NCBI GenBank assembly: GCA_043228905.1
Contig: JBHGNT010000002.1
Location: forward strand, 3,286,001 to 3,350,000
Direction: 5' to 3'
DNA length: 64,000 nucleotides
From: Azolla caroliniana
Lineage: Eukaryota > Plantae > Polypodiophyta
Of this stretch, positions 12,924 through 25,031 are shown in pieces. A program made the position numbers and the translations under genes. The stretch's first letter is position 1; every line of letters starts with the position of its first letter. The notes beneath the pieces are model-generated. The model saw only the letters and a list, made by a program, of their open reading frames with translations, did not search any database and had not been told where the DNA came from.

Positions 12924-13348
12924 ACCATTCAACATCGTTGATACATATGATTATAACACATGTTTAGACTTGAGGTCTAAGTGCAGTTCGGGGTCCTTGT
13001 AATAGGACTTAAAGAGCCGAAACCACATATGTGGGCACTGAAACATAGTTTATTGTTAACATTTTTTTCGTGTATAAACTATTCATGACGCGAACGTACA
13101 TGGTTGAGCCTCGGGGAGCCGCCATGAAAAAATCGATATAGAGATCAGGGAAAGACATTAAATTGTCACCCCCATGGTTTTTAAAACACCTTTGTGTTAC
13201 CATAGTAACCTGATCTTGAACCTCATCTCATACGTCTAGAGGGTATTGACGTGAGATAATGATATCAATTTAATGTTTTCCCATGATATGTTTACATCAC
13301 GACATGATGTTATGACTATCTTTCTGACCTTATCCTATTTCTTTTCCA

Positions 13349-13841
13349 ATGGCTCAAAATAACGACCCCATGTCATCCGCTCAAGCGGTAGGAACTCAAG
13401 GGAATCCTCCTGGACAAATGTCCATTGAGATATATTTTTTGCAAATAACCCAATACCTTAATTTCACCACTCAATAGTTGACCGAACTTTCGCAATCTCA
13501 AAGTGCTCTCGAGGCACGTGTCATTAGTCTACAACGTGAGACTAATAGACCTGATGTCATGACATGGTAAGACTCATACCCATGACCTTAGGTTATATGG
13601 GTCAAGCTCTTGACCATTATATCATCTATTGTAATACGTAAGATATTATTTTCATTCACATTTTATTATAGGAAATTAATGTATATTCCAGATTTCTCTG
13701 GAACATTCTAGAAGCTTCAGGATTACTCCTGAGAACACTATAAAAGAGGGCACATTATGTTGAACCAAATTGGTTCAATGCCAGTCTTTAGCCTCATAGC
13801 CCTTTTTTACTTACTCTTCTTATAATATATAATCTGTTATC

Positions 13842-13879
<38 letters not shown>

Positions 13880-16800
13880 CCTCGCTATCTCTCTCTCTCT
13901 CTCTCTCTCTCCTCTTCTCTTTTCCTCTCTCGGGAGTCTTACATAGGCCCGTCGTCTTAGTTCTAATAGTACTTCCCTTATCTAGTACTAATTCTCTCTC
14001 TGTTTAGTACTAATCCTCTCTTTGTTTAGTACTATTCCTGACACCTGATGAGCAACAGGGTGAACCGTCGTTTGTCGTTAAGCCATTTAAGGGAGACAAA
14101 AAGGAAAGAACTGAAGAAGCAATCTGCACGTGGCTGGGCCGATGGGAGTCTCATTTTGAGCTCTATCCCACGCCAGATAGTATGAAGATTGCATATGTCG
14201 GCCAAGAACTAGGGGGTAAGGCCGCCGCTTGGTTGCGTGGGCTCCATACTTTGGGGAAATTGCCCGATACCTGGACAGATTTTGTCACAGTTTTCAAGGG
14301 CCAATTTCTGCAACCTCCCTCTCGAACCGAGGCAACACAAGGTTTAATGAACCTCTCTAGCAGGAAGTTTTCCTCACTAGAAGACTATGTTCACCATACT
14401 AGAACCCAAATCCAAAAATCGGGTCTAGAAGGGGACAATTGGTTAATAGCTTTTTTTGTCAATGGCATCCCCAATTCGGACTATCACTAGATAGTGCACG
14501 ATAAGGATCCAAAATCCTTCGAAGAGGCCGTTGAAATAGTTCTTCGCTATCAACGCACTTCGAAGGACCACAACAAACCCAACGAAGCGCCCAGGATTAA
14601 GTAGTCGCAATTCGTTGGGAAACGCAAGACACCCAACGAATTCATGGATCGCGATTGTAAGCGACAACATCCTTTTTGCGTATTCTGCAAAAAGAAGGGT
14701 CATACAAAAGATCAATGTCCAAAGCTCCAACGGAAAGAGCACGACAACAAAGCTAAAGCTGCAGACCATAAAGGTCAGATGCCTAATGTCCTTCAGGTCT
14801 ATACACATCATTTAAGTAATTGTGAATGTTCTTTCCCTCACTATGATTGGGTCCCAATGATTTACTACGTGCAAATGGGTATATCAATGGATCTCCCATA
14901 CAATTTTTGTTTGATTTGGGAAGCTCACACAACTTTGTGAATGATCGTTTGGTTCAGATATGGGGAATCCAACCCACCGTAAGTGATCACACCTACACGG
15001 TGCACTTGGCTGATGGAAGAGTACAATACATCAACAATGCGATTCATTCATTAGGAATTTCTATTGATACTTATATAGAGGAAGTAGACTTCCATGTAAT
15101 GAATCTTTGTACCACTGATGTAATACTGGGTTATCCCTGGTTTTATAATAAAAACTCTTCTTTATCTATCGATTGGGTTCATCATTCAATTACATTTGTA
15201 CTGAACGATTGTACTCATTTTATTCAATGTGTAAAAAAACAATCCCTCTCGATTGTTTCCTCATGTCCATCAATATCCGAGTTGTCTTGTTCTACTCTAT
15301 TTTATTGTGTACTTGATCCAGACATTCACGTTTACAATATCGATAATGTCTCGGTTCAATTAACATATTTTGAACAACAACAACTTGATGAAATCTTAAA
15401 TGATTTTCGTGATGTTTTTCCGACTGAACTACCAGATGGTTTACCACCTAAACGTAATATAGACCATCGTATAGATATTGTACCTAGCGTTGCACCAATA
15501 AGTGTACCTCCTTATCACTTAAGTCGATCCGAAGAGGATGAGGTATCTAAGCAACTCAAGGACTATTTACGAATGGGTTATATAAGTTATAGTAAATCTC
15601 GAGTTCTCTTGATTAAAAAGAAAGAGGGCACATGGCGTATGTGTATTAATTACCGACGCTTGAATAAAGTGGCGATCAAGAATTCATATCCATTGCCCCG
15701 GGCTGACAATCTAATTGACCGTTTCCAGGGAGCTCGATATTTTACCAAACTTGATCTCTGTACTGGCTACCGTCAAATACGTATAAGTGAGGATGATGTT
15801 CCTAAAATGACATTTCGTACGCGCTATGGCCATTATGAGTTTTTGGTTATGCCTTTCGGTTTGACCAATGCTCCGGCTACATTTTAGCAAGAAATGAATG
15901 ACATTTTCTGAGAACAACTTGGAAAATTTGTCGTTATTTTCTTGGATGATATTTTAGTTTATAGCTGTACATTACAAGAACATGCTAAACATGTCCGCTT
16001 TGTTTTACAAACATTGCGTGACAAACAGTTTTATGCGAAGATATCAAAATGTGAGTTCTTCAAGAAATCAATTACTTATCTTGGACATCTCATAACCGAA
16101 CGAGGAGTTGAAATTGATCCTTCTCGCATCGAGAAAATCAAGCTTTGGCCCACTCTTCGGAATATTCAAGAAGTTCGATCATTCCTTGGTTTTGTCGGGT
16201 TTTTGCGAAAATCCCTTCGTAATTACTCCCAATTGACGACGCCGTTTTCTGATCTCTTGAAAGGTCAAACGCGTAAGTCTACAAAACCTATTGTGTGGAA
16301 TGCTACACTAGACCTCGCCTTTAAGGAACTCAAGGACCTGGTATGCAAGGCTCCTTCACTTATTTTACCTGATCCTTCAAAACCTTTTGAGGTTGAAACC
16401 GATGCAAGCGATTATGCTTTAGGTGCTGTCTTATATCAAGATGGTAAACCAATAGCATTCGAGAGTAAGAAACTTGATTCTGCTCAATGTCGGTATACCA
16501 TTCAAGAAAAGGAATTATTTGCAGTTATACATGCGCTCAAAACATGGCGTCATTATCTTTATGGAAATCGCTTTGTGGTAACTACGGTCCACGAGTCCTT
16601 GAAATATTTTTGTGACCAACAAGACCTGAAAGGTCGTAAGGCACGATGGGCTGATCTCATCTAGGACTTCGATTTTTCCATACGATATCGTAAGGGTTCC
16701 ATGAATACTGTCACTGATACACTAAGTTGCATCCGTGAAGTTAACATGCTTAGCTTCACTGAAATAACATTAGATCTTTATGATCACCTTCGAGGAAAGT

Positions 16801-18222
16801 ATCCTGATGACAGTTATTTTGCAAAATACTAGGCAAGAGTTGAGTCTGGAACAAACACCACCACATCCTCGAAGGAATACTTCCACATTGCTAACGGTCT
16901 ACTCTACCATAATGGGAAGGTTTGTGTTCTAGATTTACCCGAGGTCAAAAAGAGTATTCTTTTTGAATGCCATGATGCACCCTCAACAGGGCACCCTGGA
17001 ATACATCGTACACTCGTTCTCATCTCCACTCAATTTTATTGGCCTAAGATGCGCCCTGACATACATAGCTATGTGACTAAATGTCACCAAGGTCAGGTTA
17101 ACAAAGCCGAGCAACTTAAAGCCGCAAGACTTTTACATCCCTTGGACATTCCCAATAATAAGTGGGAAAGTATATCCATGGATTTTATTGCTAGCCTTCC
17201 TCGCACCCAAAAAGGTCATGATGCCATCTGGGTTGTGGTTGATTGACTAACTAAAATGACCAGACTTATTGCTACTAAAACCACGGTAACAACTCCTGAA
17301 TTGGCTTACCAATTCGTTGACGAGTTATTTCATTTTTATGGGTTACCGATGGATATCGTGAGTGATCGAGATCCAAAGTTTACTAGTGACTTCTAGACGC
17401 AAGTCTTCGAGAAGTTAGAAACTACGTTGAGCATGAGCTCCACGGATCATCCTCAATCCGATGGACAAACAGAACGAGTAAATCAAATTATTGAGGACAT
17501 GCTTCGAGCATATGTTGGTGCAAAACCAACAAAATGGGAACGTTATCTCCCAATTTTGGAGTTTGCTTATAACAGCTCCAAGCATACGTCGACGGGATAT
17601 TGTTGATGTATGGTTTTCAACCACGAGCCCTGATTGATGTTAACATACATCATGATGAGTTGCGAAGTACGCAAAACTTTCTTTGGGATACGCAAGATAT
17701 GTTGCATATTGCACGAGATAATATAAAAATAGCTCAAGATAGAGCCCGTTTTTATGCCGATCATCATAGGCAACCTCGTGTATTCAACCCTGGACAGAAG
17801 GTATTTTTACGTGTACCTCACAATTCTAAGACATTGTCTACAGGTAAGTGCGCTAAGTTAGCCCCACGGTTTTGTGGACCATTTACAGTACTCAAACGCA
17901 TTGGGTCATCAGCCTATCGTCTTGCTCTTCCCGATGGTGTTGGAATTCATCCAGTCTTTCATGTGAGTCGTCTAAAAGAACTTCTAGGTTTTGGCGACAA
18001 TACAGTTACAACTGAAACTCTGGTTACTTCTGAAGAATTATCTTCTAAACCACATGTACTAGAAAGAATTCTCGATGTTAAAACAAAAAAATTACGTACT
18101 AAAGAAATCCGAGAATTTAAAATAAAATGGATGGATAAATCAATAAAAGATGCCACATGGGAACTAGAAAATACTCTCAGAATTTCCATTGCAAGACTGC
18201 AATGTTTTAAAGAGGGGGAGTA
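13349..18222 (+). pseudogene. G1 gag-pol (zinc knuckle, protease, RT, RNase H, integrase, chromodomain) with stops and frameshifts
   Basis: CVFCKKKGHTKDQC; DLGSSHNF; [31 protein letters not shown]; ETDASDYALG; ISMDFI; KLAPRFCGPF; ERILD..FKIKW..DATWE. Confidence 0.95.
13555..14043 (+). mobile_element. Solo LTR (489 bp) inserted in G1 gag
   Basis: TGTCA...TGACA ends; TSD CCTGA (13550-13554 / 14044-14048); TATAAAAG and (CT)n inside; removal restores the gag frame (RPDEQQGEP). Confidence 0.92.
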
Positions 18223-18679
18223 TGTTACGGGCATGACCATATAATATCCCGTGGTGAGAATTTACCGTAGTATTCTATACACGTGGATAAGTGTGAGGGT
18301 TAAACGAGAGTGTAAAGAAGGGGAGGATTACTTTTAAATCCTTGGGATTGAGACAACCCATTAGGCCAAGTGTGAACATGGCTGGGGGCCTTGGGGTATC
18401 GCTATAAATAGAGGCCTAGCTACCCTCATTTCATTATCTTGTTGACTACGTCGAGACTCTGTCTTGTGGTGGGTCAACTCTTGTAGCGAACGCGCCAGCA
18501 CCAGGTACGACTTGACGCCACCGCAGTGGTATGGGACGCCAATCGAGGCTCAAGTCCGTCTCGATCCCTTCGCTCGGGGGTGGTCGGGTGGATCGGCAAC
18601 CTTCTTTCTCTCTCTCCTTTCTTTCTATCTACCTAGATCTATCCTTATCTAATGCTTACTTTAGTACAGGTCTCTAATA
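18223..18679 (+). repeat. 3' LTR of G1
   Basis: Direct repeat of 11224-11679, preceded by PPT, followed by TSD ATGTC. Confidence 0.96.
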
Positions 18680-18740
18680 ATGTCGGAGGCAAAGCCGGTT
18701 GGATTGGCACTTCCGGAAAATTGCAAGCTGTTTGGAACGT

Positions 18741-19491
18741 TGTCGTAGTGTATTTCGTACACTACGTGAAAAACTTATAAAGTACCGATTTAATAAATAT
18801 GAATAAATAGTAGAAAATATTAAAATATATATAACATGCATAGGGCAAGATTCGAACCTTGCACCTCCATGTTAATAATGTAATGTCTTACCATTACACT
18901 AGCATTTCATTAGTGTTCAAAAGTAGATGTTCCACATAGAAACCTTAGTTCACCTAGGATAAACTTTAGCTAAAAGAAAACGCATGCTAAAAGAAAAAGC
19001 TACGCATGCACATCTAGCGTGCATGAACGCTATAGTTGATAAAAAACGCACAAGTTAGAAACGCACAAGTTAGAAAAAGCATGATCACTTTAGATAAAGC
19101 ATATAGTCTATCTATAGAAAAAGCATGGACTCCCTCATCACTACATAAGGATGGGGAGCACAATGTAATAGGTGTGTGAAATATTTGGAAATTGGATATA
19201 TTTCCGAAAACACCAACCGATTAATATAATCGTGGGATTCACGAAAATAATATAATCTATACTTGTGGGATTCACAAGTTTCTTATATCTTTCTTTCAAT
19301 CTAAATACATATTCTTATCTAAATATTGATTAATCGAATACAATACACTCGTGGGATTCACGAAATTTCTATCTCTCTTTCTAATAATCTATTCATTACT
19401 AGCCTCATCTCATATTCTTCTTTCTCCTAGTCCAAAACCTCAGTGGTTCCCACCCGACTCACGCAACGATCTGGCGCCGAAAGGCACGACA
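18741..19491 (+). mobile_element. Solo-LTR-like element T1 (TGTCGT...ACGACA, 4-bp TSD) with antisense tRNA-derived cassette
   Basis: TSD ACGT (18737-18740 / 19492-19495); removal restores the copia B1 frame; 5' hairpin CGTAGTGTA/TACACTACG; second copy at 54130-54921. Confidence 0.92.
18836..18910 (-). promoter_or_regulatory. tRNA-derived Pol III cassette in T1
   Basis: Minus strand TAGTGTAATGGTAAG (A box / D-arm) and GCAAG-GTTCGAAT-CTTGC (paired T-arm / B box); no credible anticodon arm. Confidence 0.75.
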
Positions 19492-20220
19492 ACGTAGAGC
19501 CCGAAGACAAAGGTAGAGAAGTCAGAGATGATGAAGATACTATATGCCTCCGCAGTTAGAAGCCTCATGTACACAATGGTGTGTACAGGACCGGATATCA
19601 GATATGCAGTCGACTAGTTAGCCGGTTCATGAGCAATCCGGTAAGAGAACACTAGACCAATGTCAAGTGGATACTTCGGTATCTGAAAGGCACCTCGAGC
19701 ATGTGCCTTCGATTCGGCTCTGGTAAACCCCTATTGGAAGGCTTCACCGATTCGAACATATCAGCTGATGCAGATACCAGCCGGTCTACATCTGGATACG
19801 TCATGACTTATGCAGGGGGAGCCGTATCGTGACAGTCAAGGTTGCAGAAGTCCTTTGCACTTTCAACAACGGAAGCGGAATACATGGTGGTTGTAGAAGT
19901 TGGCAAAGAGGTAATATGGATGAAGGACTTCAATAGAGAGCTAAGGATTAGGCAGGAGGAATTCTGGCTCTACTACGACAGTCAAAGTGCCATCCACCTT
20001 GTGAAGAACGTGACCTACTACTCTCGGACTAAGCACATCCAGAGGAGATATGACTGGCTTCGGGAGAAGGTAGAAGATAAAGAATTTTCACTGACGAAGA
20101 GCCATACCGAGGACACCGGATCAGACATGTTGACCAAAGTGTTGTTAGCTGACAAGCTGGACGCGTGTTGTAGACGGATTGTACTAACGAGACATCCCAT
20201 GCCGGAGTGAAGGGGGAGTT

Positions 20221-20449
20221 TGTTGGGAAACAGGTCCCTCCGGATGAGAACCGGACGAGCCAAAGGAAGGAACTAGACCGGATGGATCCAGAAGATATCC
20301 GGTTGGTATCGGCCAGAAGACTAGTATATGTATATATATATTCAGATGTGATTGTTCGAGGTCATATTTGTAGATAACCTAAAGTTATATAAGTATAAAT
20401 ATAACTAGGGCAATACTGTTATGTAGTGTGATTTGTTATCATTGTTGTT

Positions 20450-20493
<44 letters not shown>

Positions 20494-20735
20494 TGAGCAA
20501 AATAGAAAGGTTTTGTTGTTGTAACCGCCGGTTGGCGAAGGTAGAGCTCGAGCTCGTTGCCTCTGAGTCTCACACAGTTGTACCTCTTCTCTATAGTGAT
20601 CCTGGTTTGCGGGCTCTCGTGGTTTTTTCCTGATTAGGGTTTTCCACGTTAATATTCTGTGTCATCTTATTTATGTATTTTTGTTTCTTCCATTGTGATT
20701 GAGACATGGTTATGGCAGAGCACTATTTTTGCACA
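20221..20735 (+). repeat. 3' LTR of copia B1
   Basis: TGTTGGG after the PPT, ends GCACA; homologous to 56839-57383 (minus) and 62268-62951. Confidence 0.9.
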
Positions 20736-21815
20736 CCTCAACACAATATTATTCGACATAATACCCTCAACATGAGCCTCACACAATCCACATTCAGCAA
20801 AGACATCCTCCAATCTCTTCACATTTCGGCACACACCTCTATCTTTGGTACCCTCGGAGAAAACAACCATCGGGCGGTTGATAAATCCTCTTTGCATTGC
20901 CATCCACCATTTGCAGCATCGGAGAACCTCTCCATTTCAGAAGGAAACAATATCTAGCTTCTTCACTTGCGTTGGAGGGCCCCTAAAGGCTATCAAACTC
21001 TCCTTGTAGTGTAGAAATAAGATTAAACCAAATCATCATTAAACTCTCAGCCGATGGGGTTCGCTTCCCGGTAAACGACTCCTTGCACCTAGATACCCAC
21101 ACTTGCCTTTCCTGTATGTAGAATGAACCTCCTTGAGCTGAAGGTTGTAAAGTTCCATGCAACACCTTTAAGGAAGGACTATTTCCATTCCACCATGAAA
21201 CCACGCAGCCGATTCAATCACTAACCAAACAACTGTTGCACTTGATACCTGAACTTTAACCCCGCATTGAGCCAAAATTCTTAAGCTCCTTGTCCAAAAT
21301 TCTTGGGCTCACAAGCAACTCCCCAAATAATGTGGGATGTCCTCCAAACTCACTCCACACGCCTTGCAATTACTCATGGCACCCTTTTTCCCCAACCACT
21401 CTCTGGTTGGAACAACCCGATGGGTGATTAACCAAAAAAATACCTTGACCCTCTCAGGGAGGGATGAGTTCTATATCCTACTCCTAGTTCTATCCGAGTC
21501 GACAACTACATGGGTCAATTTGTTGGCACACTTCTCACAATGCAAGCATAACTTTCTCCCCAAGCAAGTTGAGTAGTCAAAGAAACCTCTTGATTTATCA
21601 TGTTTGCCCCTCCACATATATTCTGCAGGATCCCATTCTAAACACTCAAGTGGCTTGCCTTCAACTACATACAAGATCCAATCCTCCTCAACCTCATCGT
21701 CTAATGGATTCACCTTCCATTTCTTACCGCCTCGTGCCCCAATTCTAATCGGGGACCAATGAGCACTGACAACTACTGATCCCAACTGGATTATCTTCCC
21801 ATTCTTTCCTAGACC
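20736..21815 (-). mobile_element. LINE ORF2 C-terminal fragment (zf-RVT region), degenerate
   Basis: W.LY..EGKPLECLEWDPAEYMW..FFDYS..LGR; same motif class as 44253-44558 and 60617-61285. Confidence 0.75.
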
Positions 21816-21819
21816 CTTG

Positions 21820-21960
21820 GCATTGATAACTTTTCCCGTATCATCACATTATCCAAACCATTCGCATTGATAACTTTTTTGGTATCATCACATTCTCCGA
21901 ACCATTCACATTGATAACTTCTCCGGTATCACCACATTGTCCGAACCATTTACATTGTCC
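21820..21960. repeat. ~3 tandem copies of a ~44-bp unit
   Basis: CATTGATAACTT..GTATCATCACATT.TCC.AACCATT repeated. Confidence 0.85.
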
Positions 21961-22210
21961 TTCGTGGGTACCAAACATAGAGGTGGGTGCTGAAATGTGA
22001 AGAGATTGGAGGATGTCTTTCCTGTATGTGGGTTGTGTGAGGCTCATGTTGAGGGGATTCTGTTGACTAATACTGTGTTGAGGCTTTGTTGTTTCCTTTA
22101 TGCATGTTTTCTTGTAGCGATGCAAATTGGCTTGTAACAAGTGAGTTGTATATTATCCCATGTACTTTTTCTTAACTAATGGAAGTAGTAACTTTTTAAA
22201 AAATATATAA
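21960..22210 (+). mobile_element. LINE 3' end, inverted relative to 20736-21815
   Basis: 21967-22083 is an inverted copy of 20736-20851; ends CTAATGGAAG, T-run, A-rich tail. Confidence 0.65.
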
Positions 22211-23619
22211 TAATAAAAGGCTTTAATGCCCATTTCATAAATGTAATGTGTTTCGAGTTTGAGTTTTTGAAAACATGAAATGAGTAGTCTTGATTCATGT
22301 TTTTTCATTTTCTAAATGATAGATTTTGGGTGCTCCCCTACGAGGATTGGCAAAAAATAGCCAGATACAAAGGCTACAATTATTTGACAAACATGTATTT
22401 ACCACCAAATCTAAAGGTAAATGCAATTTATGATCTCTATCCGTTATTAGACCCTAATAACTATGATTTTAATAAACAAAATTTTAATAACTTTCGAGAA
22501 ATTCATGGAACTCAATATGTTCTTTAGATTGAACGAGACCAATGGATTGGCCAAGCTTCCCCTGCACATTCAACCAAGGATCTGACAGGACAAGAGATGA
22601 ATAATTCATCATCGGATGACTCATGAATAATTTTGTAAAGATTTATGAAAAATATTCTTTTTGTTGTAATATAGTATGTATTTTTTTCTCAATCCTACAT
22701 GCTTCTTTTAGTGCATTTGAACTTGTTGTAGATAACCAATGAGCATAGTGCGGGTTTCTTGGAGCTTATGGATATGTGCTTCAATAGTGGAATTTGTGCA
22801 TGCTTGGGGTGGTTGTGCCATCAATGAGCATGGATAGAAATTGTATTTAGCCATAGCTTTAATGTGTCAATCCACTTGGAGTCATTGTTATTGTACACAA
22901 ATTCTGCAATTGGCAAGAGTGTGGGTCAACTTAATCACGGTCTTTGTTTGTTCTAAAGCTCCTCTTTTCTAAAGCACTTTGTAGATCATTAAAGGTTACT
23001 TCTTGTTTAGTTTTTTTCTTAAGTGGGTGATCTAATAACTAATTTCATGTCTATCATACATATGTCCATTAGTATATCTACACATTTGTAAAGAATGTCT
23101 TACTAATCAATATACTAAATAAAACGAAAACAAGGTGAATAGAAGAATCTGATTCGACTTACCATGCCTGAGCTATCAATCCCTTTAAAACATTAGTGAA
23201 CTTATGTTTTATAAATATTAGTGACCTAATCTCACCTACGTTATTTGTGTATAACATTGTTGTTTTTTTTTTTTAAATATCATTGGTTGTGATAACAACA
23301 TCAGTGAATGTTACAAGTTCCTATGTTATGGGCATGCATTCTATTTGTATTAAAGTTCTGTTGATTAAGTATGTCTTGATAAAACCATACTCGAATCCCA
23401 TTGGTGTGCACGTCGTCTATGTCATTCCTCTTATAAGTTTCCTGTCTTGGCACTAAGTCCCAATGGGTTTCTCATTTCTTAGGTGTTTCACCGAGTTTTC
23501 ATCTTGTTCTCCATTTTCTTGAACAAGGTTCTTTCTTTACTTCTTCTTCTTGTGTGTGTGTGTGTGTGTGTGTGTTTGTGTATGCAGTTTGTCTATTTTG
23601 CTTTGAAAACATTTATTTC

Positions 23620-23965
23620 CATCCTTGGACTTTTTCTTAGTTAATCTCTAAGACTCTTTTTCTTAATTGGCCCTAGGAGTCTTTTTTAAATCCTCCATAT
23701 AACTCTTTTTCTAAATCTTCCCTAGAACTTTTGCTTTTTGTCTTTCTGAATTTTCCCTAAGTCATCTCAAATGATTTGTTTTGGTGAAAATTTTCTTTTC
23801 TTCCTTAGACTTTTTCTTAATGGACCCTAGGACTTTTTTTCTAAATCATCCCTAGGACTTTTGTAAATAGTCTAAAGGAACTTTATAAATTGACCTTAGA
23901 AATTTTCCTTAATCATCTCTAGAAACACTTCTTACTCTTTCATATGACTTAACTCGTCCTCATGA
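23620..23965. repeat. Degenerate short tandem repeats (CCCTAGGACTTTTT..AAAT)
   Basis: Motif recurs about 12 times with variable spacing. Confidence 0.6.
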
Positions 23966-24299
23966 ATTTGAGCGCTTTTTTTAAGGTGTGTTTGTTTTAT
24001 TGTGGTTTCTTTTGTCAAGTTGTTCCCCTTCCCAAAAACAGGGAGTCAACAACCACCACCCTTAAATTAAAATTTTAGTGAAACAATTAAGGAAAATTTA
24101 ACATAATTAATCACAAAATATACAAAAATGATAAAAAAGAGAGGAAATACAGAGGGTTTGAAGAAACATATTTCTTCTCACTATGTGTTTATAGCTAAGA
24201 GAGCTTATAAAAAGCTCAACCAATTACTTGTGAACATCTACCAATTCTCCGAAAGGGGCATCAAATGTTGCATGATCAACACAATTAGCTAATGGTTTC

Positions 24300-24520
24300 A
24301 TTCTTGTTAGATTGTTGCCGAGAATTGGATAGGTGGTGTACCTTTTTGTAGACCTTGTGATGTCGTTCATCATATGTGTGATTGAGTTGTTCACTCCTTG
24401 TGGCAAGATACACGTATATAGTAGTCCTATTGAAGTCCTAATGGAAGTGATGTCTCGGCTTCCGATGACAAGCTACAATTGGTTGTATCCCTAGTAGAGA
24501 TCATCCATCGAGTATATGGC
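24300..24520 (-). pseudogene. Gypsy RT fragment of a non-chromovirus, fungal/bryophyte-like lineage
   Basis: Translation AIYSMDDLY*GYNQL*L...SRDITSIRTSIGLLYTCILPQGVNNSITHM matches the DLYxGYxQ...LPQGxxNS RT type. Confidence 0.7.
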
Positions 24521-24825
24521 TCTTTGGATAGTGAATCAATTTACTAATTGCATGTCTTGGATAAATCTCAGAGTTGCTCATTGTCACATAAACGTGTGTG
24601 TGTGTGCATGCTACATGAGCGGGACCATGGGGGACCTGAACTTAGGGAGGATAAGATTTTTTGAGAGGGATCCTACAAAAACCCCTTTTGTGGGTCACAT
24701 AGTAAAATTCCCTCTTTTCAACGAAAGATTTATCCTCACTTTAATTCTAGCCATTGGAGCCATGGGCTCCTTTGGAATCGTGGGTCCTTTGGAGTTGAGC
24801 TAAACCTGGAGTCAAGCTATGCATG

Positions 24826-25031
24826 GACTCGAGCTTAGCTCAGTCTTGAGCTTATCAAGGACTTGAGGGTAGCTCATACTAGAGCTTAGTTGGGATTCAA
24901 GCTTAGCTTGGACTCGAGGGTAGCTCAGACTAGAGCTTCGTCGGGAATTGAGCTTAGCTTGGACTCAAGGATATTGTTGGACTCTAGTTTATCCTAAACT
25001 CGAGGGTAGCTCGAACTCAACCTTAGCTTGG
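24826..25031. repeat. ~10 copies of a ~20-bp minisatellite (GACTCGAGCTTAGCTT core)
   Basis: Direct inspection. Confidence 0.85.

Larger units (their letters stand above)
11224..18679 (+). mobile_element. Full-length Ty3/gypsy chromovirus G1, decayed, nested in copia B1
   Basis: Two LTRs, TSD ATGTC (11219-11223 / 18680-18684), PBS TGGTATCCGAAC, PPT AGAGGGGGAG, order gag-PR-RT-RH-INT-chromodomain. Confidence 0.97.
9040..20735 (+). mobile_element. Ty1/copia element B1, 5'-truncated (integrase, RT, RNase H, PPT, 3' LTR), interrupted by three insertions
   Basis: HLKVFGCLAY..KLDPKSRPCIFLGY; LYVDDM; STTEAEYM..RTKHIQRRY; PPT AGGGGGAG 20211-20218; homologous to 56839-60575 and 62268-64000. Confidence 0.95.

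Noticed and set aside
18836-18910. Functional tRNA gene or independent SINE
   Set aside because: No anticodon arm, tail or own TSD; same position in both element copies
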